Below are positions 54,101 through 64,000 of a stretch of 64,000 nt of DNA, one piece after another; positions within the stretch are counted from its first letter, which is position 1; every line of letters starts with the position of its first letter. Both the position numbers and the translations under genes were made by a program. Below the pieces are notes generated by a model. That model was not told where the DNA came from. It did not search any database and was given only the letters and a program-made list of their open reading frames with translations. The stretch is from Octopus bimaculoides. Its lineage: Eukaryota. Where the stretch lies: the NCBI RefSeq assembly GCF_001194135.2, contig NC_068990.1:24340223-24404222 (forward strand). The letters run 5' to 3'.

Positions 54101-55306
54101 AATCGTTAAATATAACGAATGCTGTTTATTTTTACAGGAGCTGAAAGAATTGGCAGCTCTCGCATACCGAGACACAACCGCTGAAAACCGTGAATTCTGG
54201 AGGAACGAACTATCTCAAGCTATTCGTGACATTCAACAAGAATATGATGCCAAATGTGATCAAATGCGTGGAGATATGGAAGCATATTACAATCTCAAAG
54301 TAAGACTTTCTTTTATCAAAACAAAATTTTAAATGATTGTAAACATTCAATCATACCCTTTACTATTTCACTGACATTTCATTGATAATAATTTACAAAT
54401 ATGTTCTGCAATAGACCATAATTGATAAGCTTCTTCATAGCGTATAAACTTGTAAACCAGAATTAAGTTAATCTAATAGACTCAATGAATACTCAATAAC
54501 GATTACGATATGGCTACAAAAAATTAACTTCAAACTGTAGATAAGTTGCTTGCGTTCAGTCAGTGGGAAATGCATATAACTCAATCTTTCTCACTACCCA
54601 TACAATAAATTCCACAACATCGTTGACAAAATAGGTTAGATGAAAGGTAGAATAGCTTTAACATTCTACCACAACCAACTCTGAAAAATTGTCTGTATCC
54701 TTCTTACGCTGAAACTTGAACATTGTAATAGTAATCAATATAAATTTCTAATGTTGGCAGAATATGAGAAAGGCGTCCCCGTTATTTGGATCGTCTCTAA
54801 TTAAAGATTGAGTGATTATTAACAAACACTGATACATATTAAACTGTATCCATTCTCCCATCCATCTTCTCCACCCACTATTCTGGGGAAGTTCCGATTG
54901 GTAGTGTCCTCAGGTACCTCCTCCATGTGTCTCTTATCAGAATCAACTTTCATCACATTTTCTAGTTAAACTGTACATAACTTAATATATCATATTTAAA
55001 CAATATATTATATTGTTCTGAAGTAACATACTTTGAACTGCTAATATCGAATCCAGATCGATAGTTAACAGCGCTTTTTATATCTTTTCTTTTTAACAGG
55101 TTCAAGAATTCCGTACCGGTGCTACCAAACAAAATATGGAAGTTACTCGCAACAAAGAAGAAAATGTAAAACTGAAAAGCAATATGAACGAAATTCGTAA
55201 CAGACTTACTGACTTAGAAGCAAGGGTATGTATTGCCATTAACGTCCTCTTTCGCAAGCTCTTGTTTTCTGTACTTTGTTTATGCTCTTGCAAATATAAA
55301 GTACAG

Positions 55307-55343
<37 letters not shown>

Positions 55344-58300
55344 CACACACACACACACATGTATATGTATATATATATATATTGTAGAAGTTATTGATAC
55401 GAACAACTTGTAATGTAATGTAGTTTAATGTATTGTAAAAATGTGTAGAGAAGCCTATATGGGTATTCGCGTATGTTCAAGGCAGCAAAGTGTTCCAATA
55501 TTCTAGTATTTTTCTACCAATTCGTTGCCAGGCGAAAGGTGTAAACGTTTACAGTAAAACTGAACTTCTACTGGTTATTTTTCTCAACCAGGTAAATGTA
55601 TTACCGGCTTATAAGCGGTTTACGCCAGTGATGAGTAACTTGTAAAACATGGTATTAGCAATAGTTATTAAATATTTTATGCAATAAAGGTCATATATTC
55701 TAAATATATGTGCTTCATATGAACAGTTCTATTCATAACAGCATGATCGTAAAGATTAAACATCGATGCGAGTCATTGTCTGTGACATTTGATTTGAGCG
55801 TCGCATATAATATTAGATCTGTTTCAGCTACCGAATAACAAAGTAGATATTTGTTGTCTCTGTATATACAAAAGACATGCAGCAACAAGGATATGAGGAA
55901 GAGAAAGTTATGAATTATCATCAGAATAAACAGCTGGCACGATTGCTTGCAACAGAGGTGGCTCTCCTGAGGTCATCCAAATGACCAGATGGTAATGTTA
56001 TCCTAGTTGATGGATCAATGACTGGATTATGCTCTTTTCCGAATCGTAAAGACTCATTGGGCCGGTTTCCCAGTTTCTTGGGTTCTGTGGCATATATATT
56101 CCCCTCCATGGACGAGACGCAAGTTAGTTGCAAGTTTACTCATTTTTTCCAACTGAGTGGGCTAGAGCAACTTAAAATGAAGTGTTCTGTTCAAGAACAC
56201 AACGCATTGACCCTTCCAAGAATCAAAACCACAATAATACGATAATGAATCCAACACCCATAATCACTAAGCTGCGGTCATGAGCCCAAAGTCCCTATCC
56301 ACTAAGCCAATACCATCACTACTAAAACTGGTGCAGTCCATCCAATAGGCTTCCACGATGTTTCCATTTCATATACGTTCACGCATATGGCTTCAGTCAT
56401 CTTAGGTTATGTCAAGACTTAGTGAAGATGAAACACAATGTAATCTAACTCACAGCAGCGTGATTGTGAAGCAGTCCAAGTGTTAAAAGTCTTAGTAGGA
56501 GTAGTATTTGTAATTAAAGTTTTATTAAATAAAACTGTTACATTACTTAACGTCCCCCGAAAGGATGAAAAGCAAAGTTGAGCTCAGCATGTAAAGAGCC
56601 GGAATAAATACCGCTGAACATTTGGTCCGACGTGCAAACGATTCTGCTGGCTCGCTGTCTTGGCATTTCTAAATAATAATGAAAAAATAAAGATACTAAT
56701 AATTTATCCTAATACCGACACAAGCTCTGATATCTTGGTAGTTGGGATGTCACTCGATTAAATCGTCTCGAATATTTAAGTGATCCCAGAATGATGAAAG
56801 GCAAAGCTTGACATCAATAACAATATTGTTAGCAATGGAATTAATCCATCTCGTTAATGATTTATTGACATCATTATTTATATATTGACGAAGGCAGCGA
56901 GCTGGCACAAACGTTATGATTAGTGTCATTTCGCCCGTCATTACGTTCAAATACCGCCGAGGTCGACTTTCCCTTTTATCCTTCGGGTCGATAGAAATAA
57001 GTTCCAGTCGAGCACTGGGGTCGATGTAGTCGACTTGTTCCCTATCCCCTAAATTTTAGTCAATGTGCCTATAGAAGAAAGGGTTATTTATACATTGATA
57101 ATATCAGTGTGACTAGGTCATAAGGCCAACTTTTTTGTGTAGAAATGCGTGTGATATATAACTGTCAGTTGTAGCAAACTAGGATAATATCAAATACAAT
57201 TTGTACTGTCTCTTGACATTACTATCACACCCACAAATATATATCAACGTTATTATATATGAACACAGCTATCATATGTACACTCCTTTTACTCTATATT
57301 GTTCATTTCTATTATGTATCGTTGGTATTACTTATGTATATCTCCACGTTACCGTATTCACTGAAAAGTAAATGTATCGTTTACTTGTTTAGGGAGTAAG
57401 CATCTAATTTTCTTGCCCGTCATATGGAGACTTTTCATGTTTGCTCGACCTGTGATAAAAAGAAATTGAATCTCCCTCAAAGCACATCTCACTTTTCTTA
57501 AGGAACAGAAGAATACATTTGATAATGTAGTTCTGGATACATAGAACTTGAAAAAAGGTGGACTTTTCCTAGAAAATATCTTTGATCACAGAAACAAGGT
57601 TAACAAAGAAAATGAAATAATAATAGGAGTGTACAGTTTAAGGCAGCCAATAGAAATCCGCCTATAAAAATATAGCGTTTCATAACTGCCGAACACATCG
57701 TTTTTGGGGTGTAGCTTGAAGAAAGAAATCTTCCGTGTTAACACATTGTAGGTATACACTGTCACAGCAACCTATTTAAAGGGAATTGCTACAAATCAAC
57801 AAACTCTCGGATCAGTTGATATTATATATTTAAATGAAATTTAATATCAACATTACTATTTGTATGTCGTACAAAACTGCTAAACAGATAAAGTATTAAA
57901 CTTTCACTGTTTGAGTTCAAAACGCCTGTTCGAGCATTGTATCTCTGGACATACTCGTAATACTACATACTACAGTCATCTTAGCAGTAAAGTACGCATA
58001 TAAAGCCAATTGATATGTTAAAGGAGAAACACCACTATCATGTCAAATGTAAGGTTTATTTTATATTCGAAGATATCCTGAATAGATTGACGTAGCTTGA
58101 GGCATGTGGGATTTTCGGACCGCACACCGAAGCCATTTGTGAAAATATCTTTCGAAGTGTTTTACAGTTACGATAAGGAGTGACCAACTTGGCTACTTAC
58201 CAGCACAGGGTTGACATAACCCATGGTTCACCGCTGGAAAAAGGAGTCAATATTACTCCAGCAGAGTAGTCCTTAAAGTTTTTGAATAGATTCAGTAAAT

Positions 58301-59106
58301 ATAATGTATACCATGTTAGACTTTTAGGAAATTTGAAAAAAATGTCTAATATGGAGGAACAGTTATATTAGTGCTATTTCTACTTATCAATATTATATCA
58401 TTACAACTCAATAAAATTTACATCCTTTTAGAATATGGACATAAATTTGGACATATTATTTGGAGTATATTTACTTGTCCCCAGAGCCAAATAATTGTTC
58501 ATCTCAGTAATTTAATTCAGGGGCAAATACATAAATAGTAATGATACTTCCAAAACATTGAGTTGTATGAGTTAGAAAAATGATAGCGACGCAGACTGTA
58601 TAAAATGGTAAATAGATATATGTTTCTGTTACTATCGAATGAAAAAACGCCAGTATCTAAACGTTAGTTTTGCTTATCTTAAAGTATGTTCTTAAGGCAA
58701 CAAGAAGGCAACCATTATATGCACGACTTTTCTAACAGTGATAACACCACTAACAATGGCAATAATACTTTCAACAAATTAAGCATTTGTACAGCCATTA
58801 TAAATTTCGATATTTCATTTTTTTTTTTTTTACTTTTCACGTCTTAATTTAAATCTAAACGATTTTTTTTATATTTTGCTTACAGAATGCTCAACTGGAA
58901 AGAACAAATCAAGATTTGATGCGAGAATTAGAAGAAAAAGATAGGCAAAACGAATTGGAAAGTTCTCAATACAAAGAAGAAATTACCAAATTACGTGGAG
59001 AAATGGAAAGCATTTTGAAAGAACTGCAAGATTTGATGGATATCAAACTATCACTTGAATTAGAAATTGCTGCATACAGGAAGTTGTTGGAAGGAGAAGA
59101 GACCAG
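34759..59106 (+). CDS. NF70: Partial multi-exon gene: cytoplasmic intermediate filament, invertebrate neurofilament (squid NF60/NF70/NF220-like) rod domain; join(34759..34945,51862..51957,54138..54299,55100..55225,58886..59106)
   Basis: Five exons with AG acceptors and GT donors join in one frame (792 nt = 1 + 263 codons + 2) into a continuous coiled-coil ending in the IF helix-termination motif LELEIAAYRKLLEGEE. The peptides (DQEQIARQNQQLADLEGEISMLRRSIESLEKEK; ELKELAALAYRDTTAENREFWRNEL) match my recollection of squid neurofilament protein. No database search was run; the symbol is by recalled orthology. Confidence 0.93.
35606..35895 (+). mobile_element. SINE family B flanked by (TAC)n upstream and an (ATT)n-like tail
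   Basis: (TAC)n 35606-35667, then GCGAGTTGGCAGAACCGTTAAC...GCTGGACCTGTGCCAAAATTTAAAACCATAATTATAA. Confidence 0.7.
35897..36400. repeat. Unclassified interspersed repeat D (~500 bp)
   Basis: GC-richer block. Its middle (CATATCAAGATAAA...CGCATGAACTTGCAGTTGGG.CCCAGTAAGAA...TAGCCAAT.CCGCTCAAAAGGCCC) recurs at 37070-37190. Confidence 0.6.
36404..36975 (+). mobile_element. Cluster of three SINE B pieces separated by (ATT)n runs
   Basis: Fragment 36404-36470, (ATT)n 36479-36570, copy ~36586-36693, copy ~36758-36945, (ATT)n to 36975. Confidence 0.65.
37070..37190. repeat. Second, partial copy of repeat D in the same orientation
   Basis: Direct sequence match to 36020-36150. Confidence 0.65.
39437..39487. 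repeat. (GATA)n microsatellite
   Basis: Visible tetranucleotide array. Confidence 0.95.
40604..40703 (+). mobile_element. Interspersed repeat family H fragment
   Basis: AACCTGGTAAAAATAGCAGCAAAATTTCCCTTCAAATCTACCC...GGATAACGTAGTCGTGGATG. Confidence 0.55.
42810..42991 (-). mobile_element. Interspersed repeat family F (SINE-like), diverged
   Basis: Reverse complement GCATGGCCGAATGTTTAAGCAGTTCATTT matches 51371 GTATGGCCGAATGTTTAAAAAGTTCATTT; distal TACGTTAAGCGTAC resembles AAGGGTACAC at 51591. Confidence 0.5.
43081..43590 (+). mobile_element. SINE family A, diverged, with expanded middle
   Basis: GCAACCATTTGGTTTTGGGCTCAGTCCC...CACCTTGAGCAAG...GCCTTGTGAGT; after (GT)n, GCGTTTCGCCAAAAGAGTCCAATAGAATATGTACC...CATGGCCGCTGACCATTGAGTGAAACAA. 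Confidence 0.7.
45508..45897 (+). mobile_element. Two head-to-tail diverged SINE B copies
   Basis: GAGTTTAAATCCTGCTGAAATCAGCTTTGCCTTTGATCC...GGCTTTGTGCCTAAAACTGAACCGATTATT, then GAGCTCAAATCCTGC...GAGGGTCCATAAAATAATGTACTAG. Confidence 0.6.
47891..48730 (+). mobile_element. Chain of four head-to-tail diverged SINE B copies
   Basis: Copies at about 47891-48102, 48121-48322, 48331-48505 and 48513-48730. The first three show remnants of the B-box/CCTTTCATCC core and end in ATTATT; the fourth is the most decayed. Confidence 0.62.
50497..50582. repeat. (CATA)n-type tetranucleotide array; similar at ~27596-27635 and 32260-32305
   Basis: Visible array. Confidence 0.9.
51371..51645 (+). mobile_element. 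Interspersed repeat family F (SINE-like), diverged
   Basis: Shares its head with 42991(-); 3' segment AAGGGTACACGTGTCTGTGAAAATGCTCAGCCACTTACACG is echoed weakly at ~12090-12135. Confidence 0.5.
51862..51957 (+). CDS. NF70: IF/neurofilament exon, end of coil 1b (96 nt, phase 0-0); absent from the ORF track
   Basis: Acceptor tcattacAG, donor GTatgt at 51958. Translates DLNNETINHLDAENRRQTLEEELEFQKDLHAQ, containing the typical IF LEEELEF motif. Confidence 0.95.
53358..53670 (+). mobile_element. SINE family G-type head and core with a distinct 3' body
   Basis: A-box-like TTCAGTGGTTA, B-box GAGTTCGATTCC, core GTGTTGAGCAAATCACTTTATTTCACGTTGCTCCTGTTCATTCAGCTG, then GC-richer body ...CCCGGACTTGTGC...AACTTTCTAGTGCAATCCC. 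Confidence 0.72.
54138..54299 (+). CDS. NF70: IF/neurofilament exon, linker L12 / coil 2A (162 nt, phase 0-0)
   Basis: Acceptor tttttacAG, donor GTaaga at 54300. Translates ELKELAALAYRDTTAENREFWRNELSQAIRDIQQEYDAKCDQMRGDMEAYYNLK. Confidence 0.95.
55100..55225 (+). CDS. NF70: IF/neurofilament exon, coil 2 (126 nt, phase 0-0)
   Basis: Acceptor tttttaacAG, donor GTatgt at 55226. Translates VQEFRTGATKQNMEVTRNKEENVKLKSNMNEIRNRLTDLEAR. Confidence 0.95.
56040..56281 (-). mobile_element. SINE family G
   Basis: Reverse complement: GCAGCTTAGTGATTATGGG...GCGTTGTGTTCTTGAACAGAACACTTCATTTTAAGTTGCTCTAGCCCACTCAGTTGG...GAAACTGGGAAACCGGCCCAATGAGTC. Confidence 0.7.
56548..56661 (-). mobile_element. SINE family B, 5' portion
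   Basis: CCCCCGAAAGGATGAAAAGCAAAGTTG...CGACGTGCAAACGATTCTGCTGGCTCGCTG. Confidence 0.7.
56891..57083 (+). mobile_element. SINE family B with 15-bp TSD
   Basis: GCGAGCTGGC...CGCCGAGGTCGACTTTCCCTTTTATCCTTCGGGTCGATAG...CCAGTCGAGCACTGGGGTCGATGTAGTCGAC. TSD ttatttatatattga 56874-88 / ttatttatacattga 57084-98. Confidence 0.82.
57430..57600 (+). mobile_element. Interspersed repeat family H fragment
   Basis: GCTCGACCTG...ATCTCCCTCAAAGCACA...TTTGATAATGTAGTTCTGGATACA. Confidence 0.55.
58886..59106 (+). CDS. NF70: IF/neurofilament exon, end of coil 2 with IF consensus motif (221 nt, phase 0 to phase 2)
   Basis: Acceptor ttgcttacAG, donor GTaggt at 59107. Translates NAQLERTNQDLMRELEEKDRQNELESSQYKEEITKLRGEMESILKELQDLMDIKLSLELEIAAYRKLLEGEET(R). 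Confidence 0.96.
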
Positions 59107-62100
59107 GTAGGTGAAACATTAATATCTGTATTAATATAATTGTTGCTTTTTTTCGTTTATGGAGAGTTTTGAAGAATGGGTCATGTAAGAAATGCGTTCA
59201 AGTTTGTCAAATGATTAGTTTGATCATAGAATTAAGCATTATGAATTTCTATAAATATCTTTCTGCGAAGTTGATCGAATGTCAGATTAATTTCCTTCGG
59301 GGAAATCAAATAAACTATTAGTTTTAATATTGATATGTTGCTTTCGATTGGAATATTGGTAAAATTTACTAATATATAAAAAAAAGAAAGCATAACGTAT
59401 AGATAAATCTGTGTTGGAGTTTGTATATGATGAAAGACATTGATGATCAATACCTTTGTTATTTTGGAGGTATTACTTGAGATCAAAAAGAAAGTACGAG
59501 ATCGAAATACAAATGTTTCATACAATATGTAACGAGATATAAACCTTTAAGATCCATATAGATCTTAAAGGTGGAAACGTTATTAGTTCCTATCTTTAAG
59601 AATCTCGTGTACAAACATTCGCATTTAATTTCCTACAAGCATTTTAATTGAACAATCTTTTTCGTCGATGTCTTTTACCGGTTTGAACCGGAATATATGA
59701 AGAAATAATTTGTGTACGTAACAAAACTTGTTACAATATTTACGAGTGTATATACGAATCATATGCGCGTTCCTATACGTAAAATATTGCATTAGGCTAT
59801 TATGTGCTTGTTTTATCGCTAATAATGTATCCTTTAGCAGAGATTTCAGCCTAAAGAATTAATATAAACGCTTTTGAAACGGTGAAATTGTATAGAAAAT
59901 TATGAATTGTTGGGAAAAGCAAATCGGTTGCATTTTATACACTTTTAACGACCGATCACGTAAGTTGAGAAAAGATTTGTACATTTTCTACAGCTCTTTT
60001 GCTTTTGTCTTTACCAGCAAAAAAAAAAAAATTAATAAAAATACATGTCCGACTAGCGTCATTACTCGCATCATCATTACTGAGCCTCGTTCTCCCTTTG
60101 TGATATAATCGAAATTTCAAGTAGAGATTCATCAAGGCATTCCTGAGCGCATCAATCAATTAATTAGTGTTGGCTATTTCTTACTCATTTATTTATCATA
60201 TTTTCTCTATATATTTATTTATGTATTATTTCATTATTCATTACATTCAGTGTTATTTTTTCCTGAAATGCATTGACGCACGGATTAATACCTATTTTTC
60301 AAACAATAATAATAGATGATTTTCAAAAGTATGACTAAATTTCCGATTTGATACTCTATCTCGGTTTTTTCGGCATTTGATAATGTGTGCTCCTGAAGTT
60401 GTAGGAAAAGAAATAAGAAAAATAACTATTTGTTGGTTACCATTTAAGTATTCAGACTTTTATGGAATATACATAAATCAATATACTGATAGATAGTTTT
60501 AGAATATGTCAATGAAAAATAGATGTTGAAAAGTGTGACAATGTATTTTACTGTTGTAATGAATCTGCTATCATACGTCAAGCTTTATTTAAGTTCATAG
60601 CTTCAAGAAATACAAAATCGGTCCTAAAATCTTGCAACTCCTTTCTTCAAATTCTTATGTTGAACTCTATGGCATAAATCTGGAAATGTGGCTATTCATC
60701 TCACTGTATTGTCCATTAGTAATGTGTTTAATAAAAATGGCATTGGAATTAAGTCAGCTTTTGGGCATGAATATTCATGGCAGAAAATATTTTCTATGTA
60801 TTTTCAATTACTTTATAATTTGCGTGGTGTTAATGTGAAGAAAGTGTCTTATTCTTTAGTATTATTATACCACTGCAGTTTAAATTTCGTTATTGGCTTT
60901 TTTTCTGTTTAATATTAATATATTTCTTCAAGAATAAGTTTCACGCTATCGGTGTGTCTCGATATATATTTTATGCGAGATAAATGAATGTATTGTATTG
61001 TTAAAAATATTTAAGGATACCATGCTTTATCAGCAAAATGTCCATTAGATGCAGTCATATGCTTTTAATAAATACTTTCAGTAAAATAGCATTATGTATA
61101 CATTACTTAGGAGGTTAATGGTACGTTCAAAATTTATAGTATGTTTTATTTGTCTATCAGAGATTAGAGTCAATCAAAATAAAGTATGAATGTAATTTCG
61201 TTATATATATATATATATTTATAGTGGCTTGTACTTCCAGTAGATGTTTACTAGCGAGATGTGAGCTCATGAATGTATAGTTTGGCAACAAAGGACTACA
61301 ATACTGTCAGTAAAAAAAAAATGGTACTGAAAATTCAAGAAATCATTTCACTGTATACATAGAAGGATCCTTATTATGAAGGCCCTCATCAACATTGACG
61401 GCATTATCGATATTGTTATCATCATCATCATTGACACTTATGAAGAAAAAATTACACTTCAGTATTATTCAGTAATATCATTTCTGCCGTGTTCTGGATT
61501 ATTATGGTTTGGACATTTTCAAGATCAATGTGTCAGCATTTTAGCAATTCATCATTCATGTGTTGAAAGTAACCAACTGAACAGATTTATGTCATAAGAA
61601 ACTCCCCGAGTTACAATGATTAATGTTTAATTCACCTTGGCCGGTTACCAGAACTTTTGTATTTCTAAAGTTTCATAGCATCATCTCGGATATTTAGATA
61701 TTGATTGCTGCAATTAAATGAAACAAAACACAATCAATATCACAAAGAAGAATATTTACCTATCATTAAATGCTATTATTCTAACAGCTTCGGCCATGTA
61801 TCCACAATGAATCAGATCATAATGCAACGTCTCGGCAGAACACATATAACTATACATATCGTTAAATATAATTCAAATCACTTCAATGAAAAACATACAT
61901 TTATAAATATGTTCATTTTTACCGACAACATAGGGTATTGGTTAACTATTTTTAACGTCGAACTGTTATTAGATATTTAATGATAATGAAGGTTCTTCTT
62001 TAATGGTCATCGATTATTTGCCTTAACAAATGTATTACCAAACATATACCATCTGTCATTGAGTGTGAGTGTAAGTGTGATGAGAGTAAGTGGATAGTTA

Positions 62101-62159
62101 TTTTCAATTTTAACTAGCATAACAACTGTAGAGCAGTGATTCATATATATATATATATA

Positions 62160-62176
62160 AGATCGGAAGAGCGTCG
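62160..62176 (+). other. Illumina adapter remnant (assembly artefact)
   Basis: AGATCGGAAGAGCGTCG is an exact 17-nt match to the start of the TruSeq read-2 adapter and sits directly at the edge of an N-gap. Confidence 0.95.
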
Positions 62177-62558
62177 NNNNNNNNNNNNNNNNNNNNNNNN
62201 NNNNNNNNNNNNNNNNNNNNNNNNNNNNNNNNNNNNNNNNNNNNNNNNNNNNNNNNNNNNNNNNNNNNNNNNNNNNNNNNNNNNNNNNNNNNNNNNNNNN
62301 NNNNNNNNNNNNNNNNNNNNNNNNNNNNNNNNNNNNNNNNNNNNNNNNNNNNNNNNNNNNNNNNNNNNNNNNNNNNNNNNNNNNNNNNNNNNNNNNNNNN
62401 NNNNNNNNNNNNNNNNNNNNNNNNNNNNNNNNNNNNNNNNNNNNNNNNNNNNNNNNNNNNNNNNNNNNNNNNNNNNNNNNNNNNNNNNNNNNNNNNNNNN
62501 NNNNNNNNNNNNNNNNNNNNNNNNNNNNNNNNNNNNNNNNNNNNNNNNNNNNNNNNNN

Positions 62559-62602
<44 letters not shown>

Positions 62603-64000
62603 GTATGTACACTGCAATATACTTCTACTTTCTTCATTGTATAGAAAATTAAATATGCATTATTTAGCTCTTTCTTGATCAAGAAGAATACCTGAACTTA
62701 AATAACTGGTAAACTAAAAATTAGGGTTAGTAATAATATAGTTAGTAATAATGAAATAATGTAAGAAGTTGAGAATAGTTAATCTGCAAATTACTGTAGC
62801 TAGATAATAAAATGCAATGTATATATATATATATATATAAACTTTTGAGTTCTTTGATCGGTGCTCCATTATTATTATTATTAGTATAATGACTATATAA
62901 GATGTTTAAGACAATAGCTATTATTAGTATTTCAATTGCTATCGGTTAATATTATTATCAAATAACAATATATATTAGTGTTATCATTACTATCGGCTTT
63001 CAATCAGTAGCAAATACGAATCAATTTTTAAGCGTTGATTCAGACCTCTTATTTTCTTTTTCCTCCATTGTTTGTTTATTTTTTTCTGCTTAGTGTTCCC
63101 TTCCTAAAAGCAACTCCAAAATATGATGACCAATTAATTAAGCGATATACAAATATTTTTTTTTTTTCTTAAAAAGTATACCACAAATTTTTATATCAGT
63201 CTTAGTCATATATTTTTATGCAAAATTACCCTCACATTCCACTCTAATTTACTTATCTCCTTTCTTATCTTTTCATTTAAGCTGCATAACCAAAAGCGGC
63301 TTACAATTCTCTGTACAGCTAATAACTTGCCATAAAAAATATAGTGTACTACATACCAGGATTTTAAAATATAAGGATAAGAAGATGGTCTCGTGAATTC
63401 ACATTTAACTGACAACTAGCTTAGTTCTTCGTCAACTGGATTTATATATATATATATATNNNNNNNNNNNNNNNNNNNNNNNNNNNNNNNNNNNNNNNNN
63501 NNNNNNNNNNNNNNNNNNNNNNNNNNNNNNNNNNNNNNNNNNNNNNNNNNNNNNNNNNNNNNNNNNNNNNNNNNNNNNNNNNNNNNNNNNNNNNNNNNNN
63601 NNNNNNNNNNNNNNNNNNNNNNNNNNNNNNNNNNNNNNNNNNNNNNNNNNNNNNNNNNNNNNNNNNNNNNNNNNNNNNNNNNNNNNNNNNNNNNNNNNNN
63701 NNNNNNNNNNNNNNNNNNNNNNNNNNNNNNNNNNNNNNNNNNNNNNNNNNNNNNNNNNNNNNNNATATATATGATTTACTTATTTGCAAATATCATATTT
63801 AATAGGATTAGAATTCACATATAAAAAATTGCTAGGATTTCTAACACACTACCTGTTGGTCACAATCCAAGATGTATGAACTTGGTCCTTCGCATTGAAA
63901 TAGCTTTTAAAAATGCTCGCTTCAGTGTTTTGTCACCGTTAATAGTATTTTTGTATTTGCATGCTGAAATATGATTAGTTTGATAGCTAAGTCTTTTTAA

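Noticed and set aside
59107-64000. Search for the first tail exon (expected to continue R-V-G-M-K-Q-like, then a lamin-tail domain)
   Set aside because: No matching frame behind an AG acceptor was seen. The exon is probably beyond the window or in a gap.

Overview
AT-rich, microsatellite- and SINE-dense eukaryotic genomic DNA with nine N-gaps. It is most likely from a coleoid cephalopod (Octopus-like); this is inferred from the protein match and the repeat content. The only protein-coding feature I can support is part of one + strand cytoplasmic intermediate-filament gene, closely matching the squid neurofilament NF60/NF70/NF220 rod as I recall it. Five exons with canonical AG/GT ends (34759-34945, 51862-51957, 54138-54299, 55100-55225, 58886-59106) splice in frame to 263 full codons covering coil 1b to the coil-2 end motif LEIAAYRKLLEGEE. 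The head/coil-1a exon and the tail exons were not found, so 1-34758 is probably one very long intron. The rest is intronic: several tRNA-derived SINE-like families (my working labels A, B, C, F, G, H, plus unclassified repeat D) and simple repeats. An Illumina adapter remnant sits at 62160-62176. Nearly all ORFs in the supplied track are microsatellite or SINE artefacts. I found no clear new multi-gene system. The most notable signals are the type-III-like exon architecture with an exact 126-nt lamin-type insert, a 71-bp near-perfect fold-back hairpin, a twin stem-loop module shared between SINE families, and head-to-tail SINE chains.
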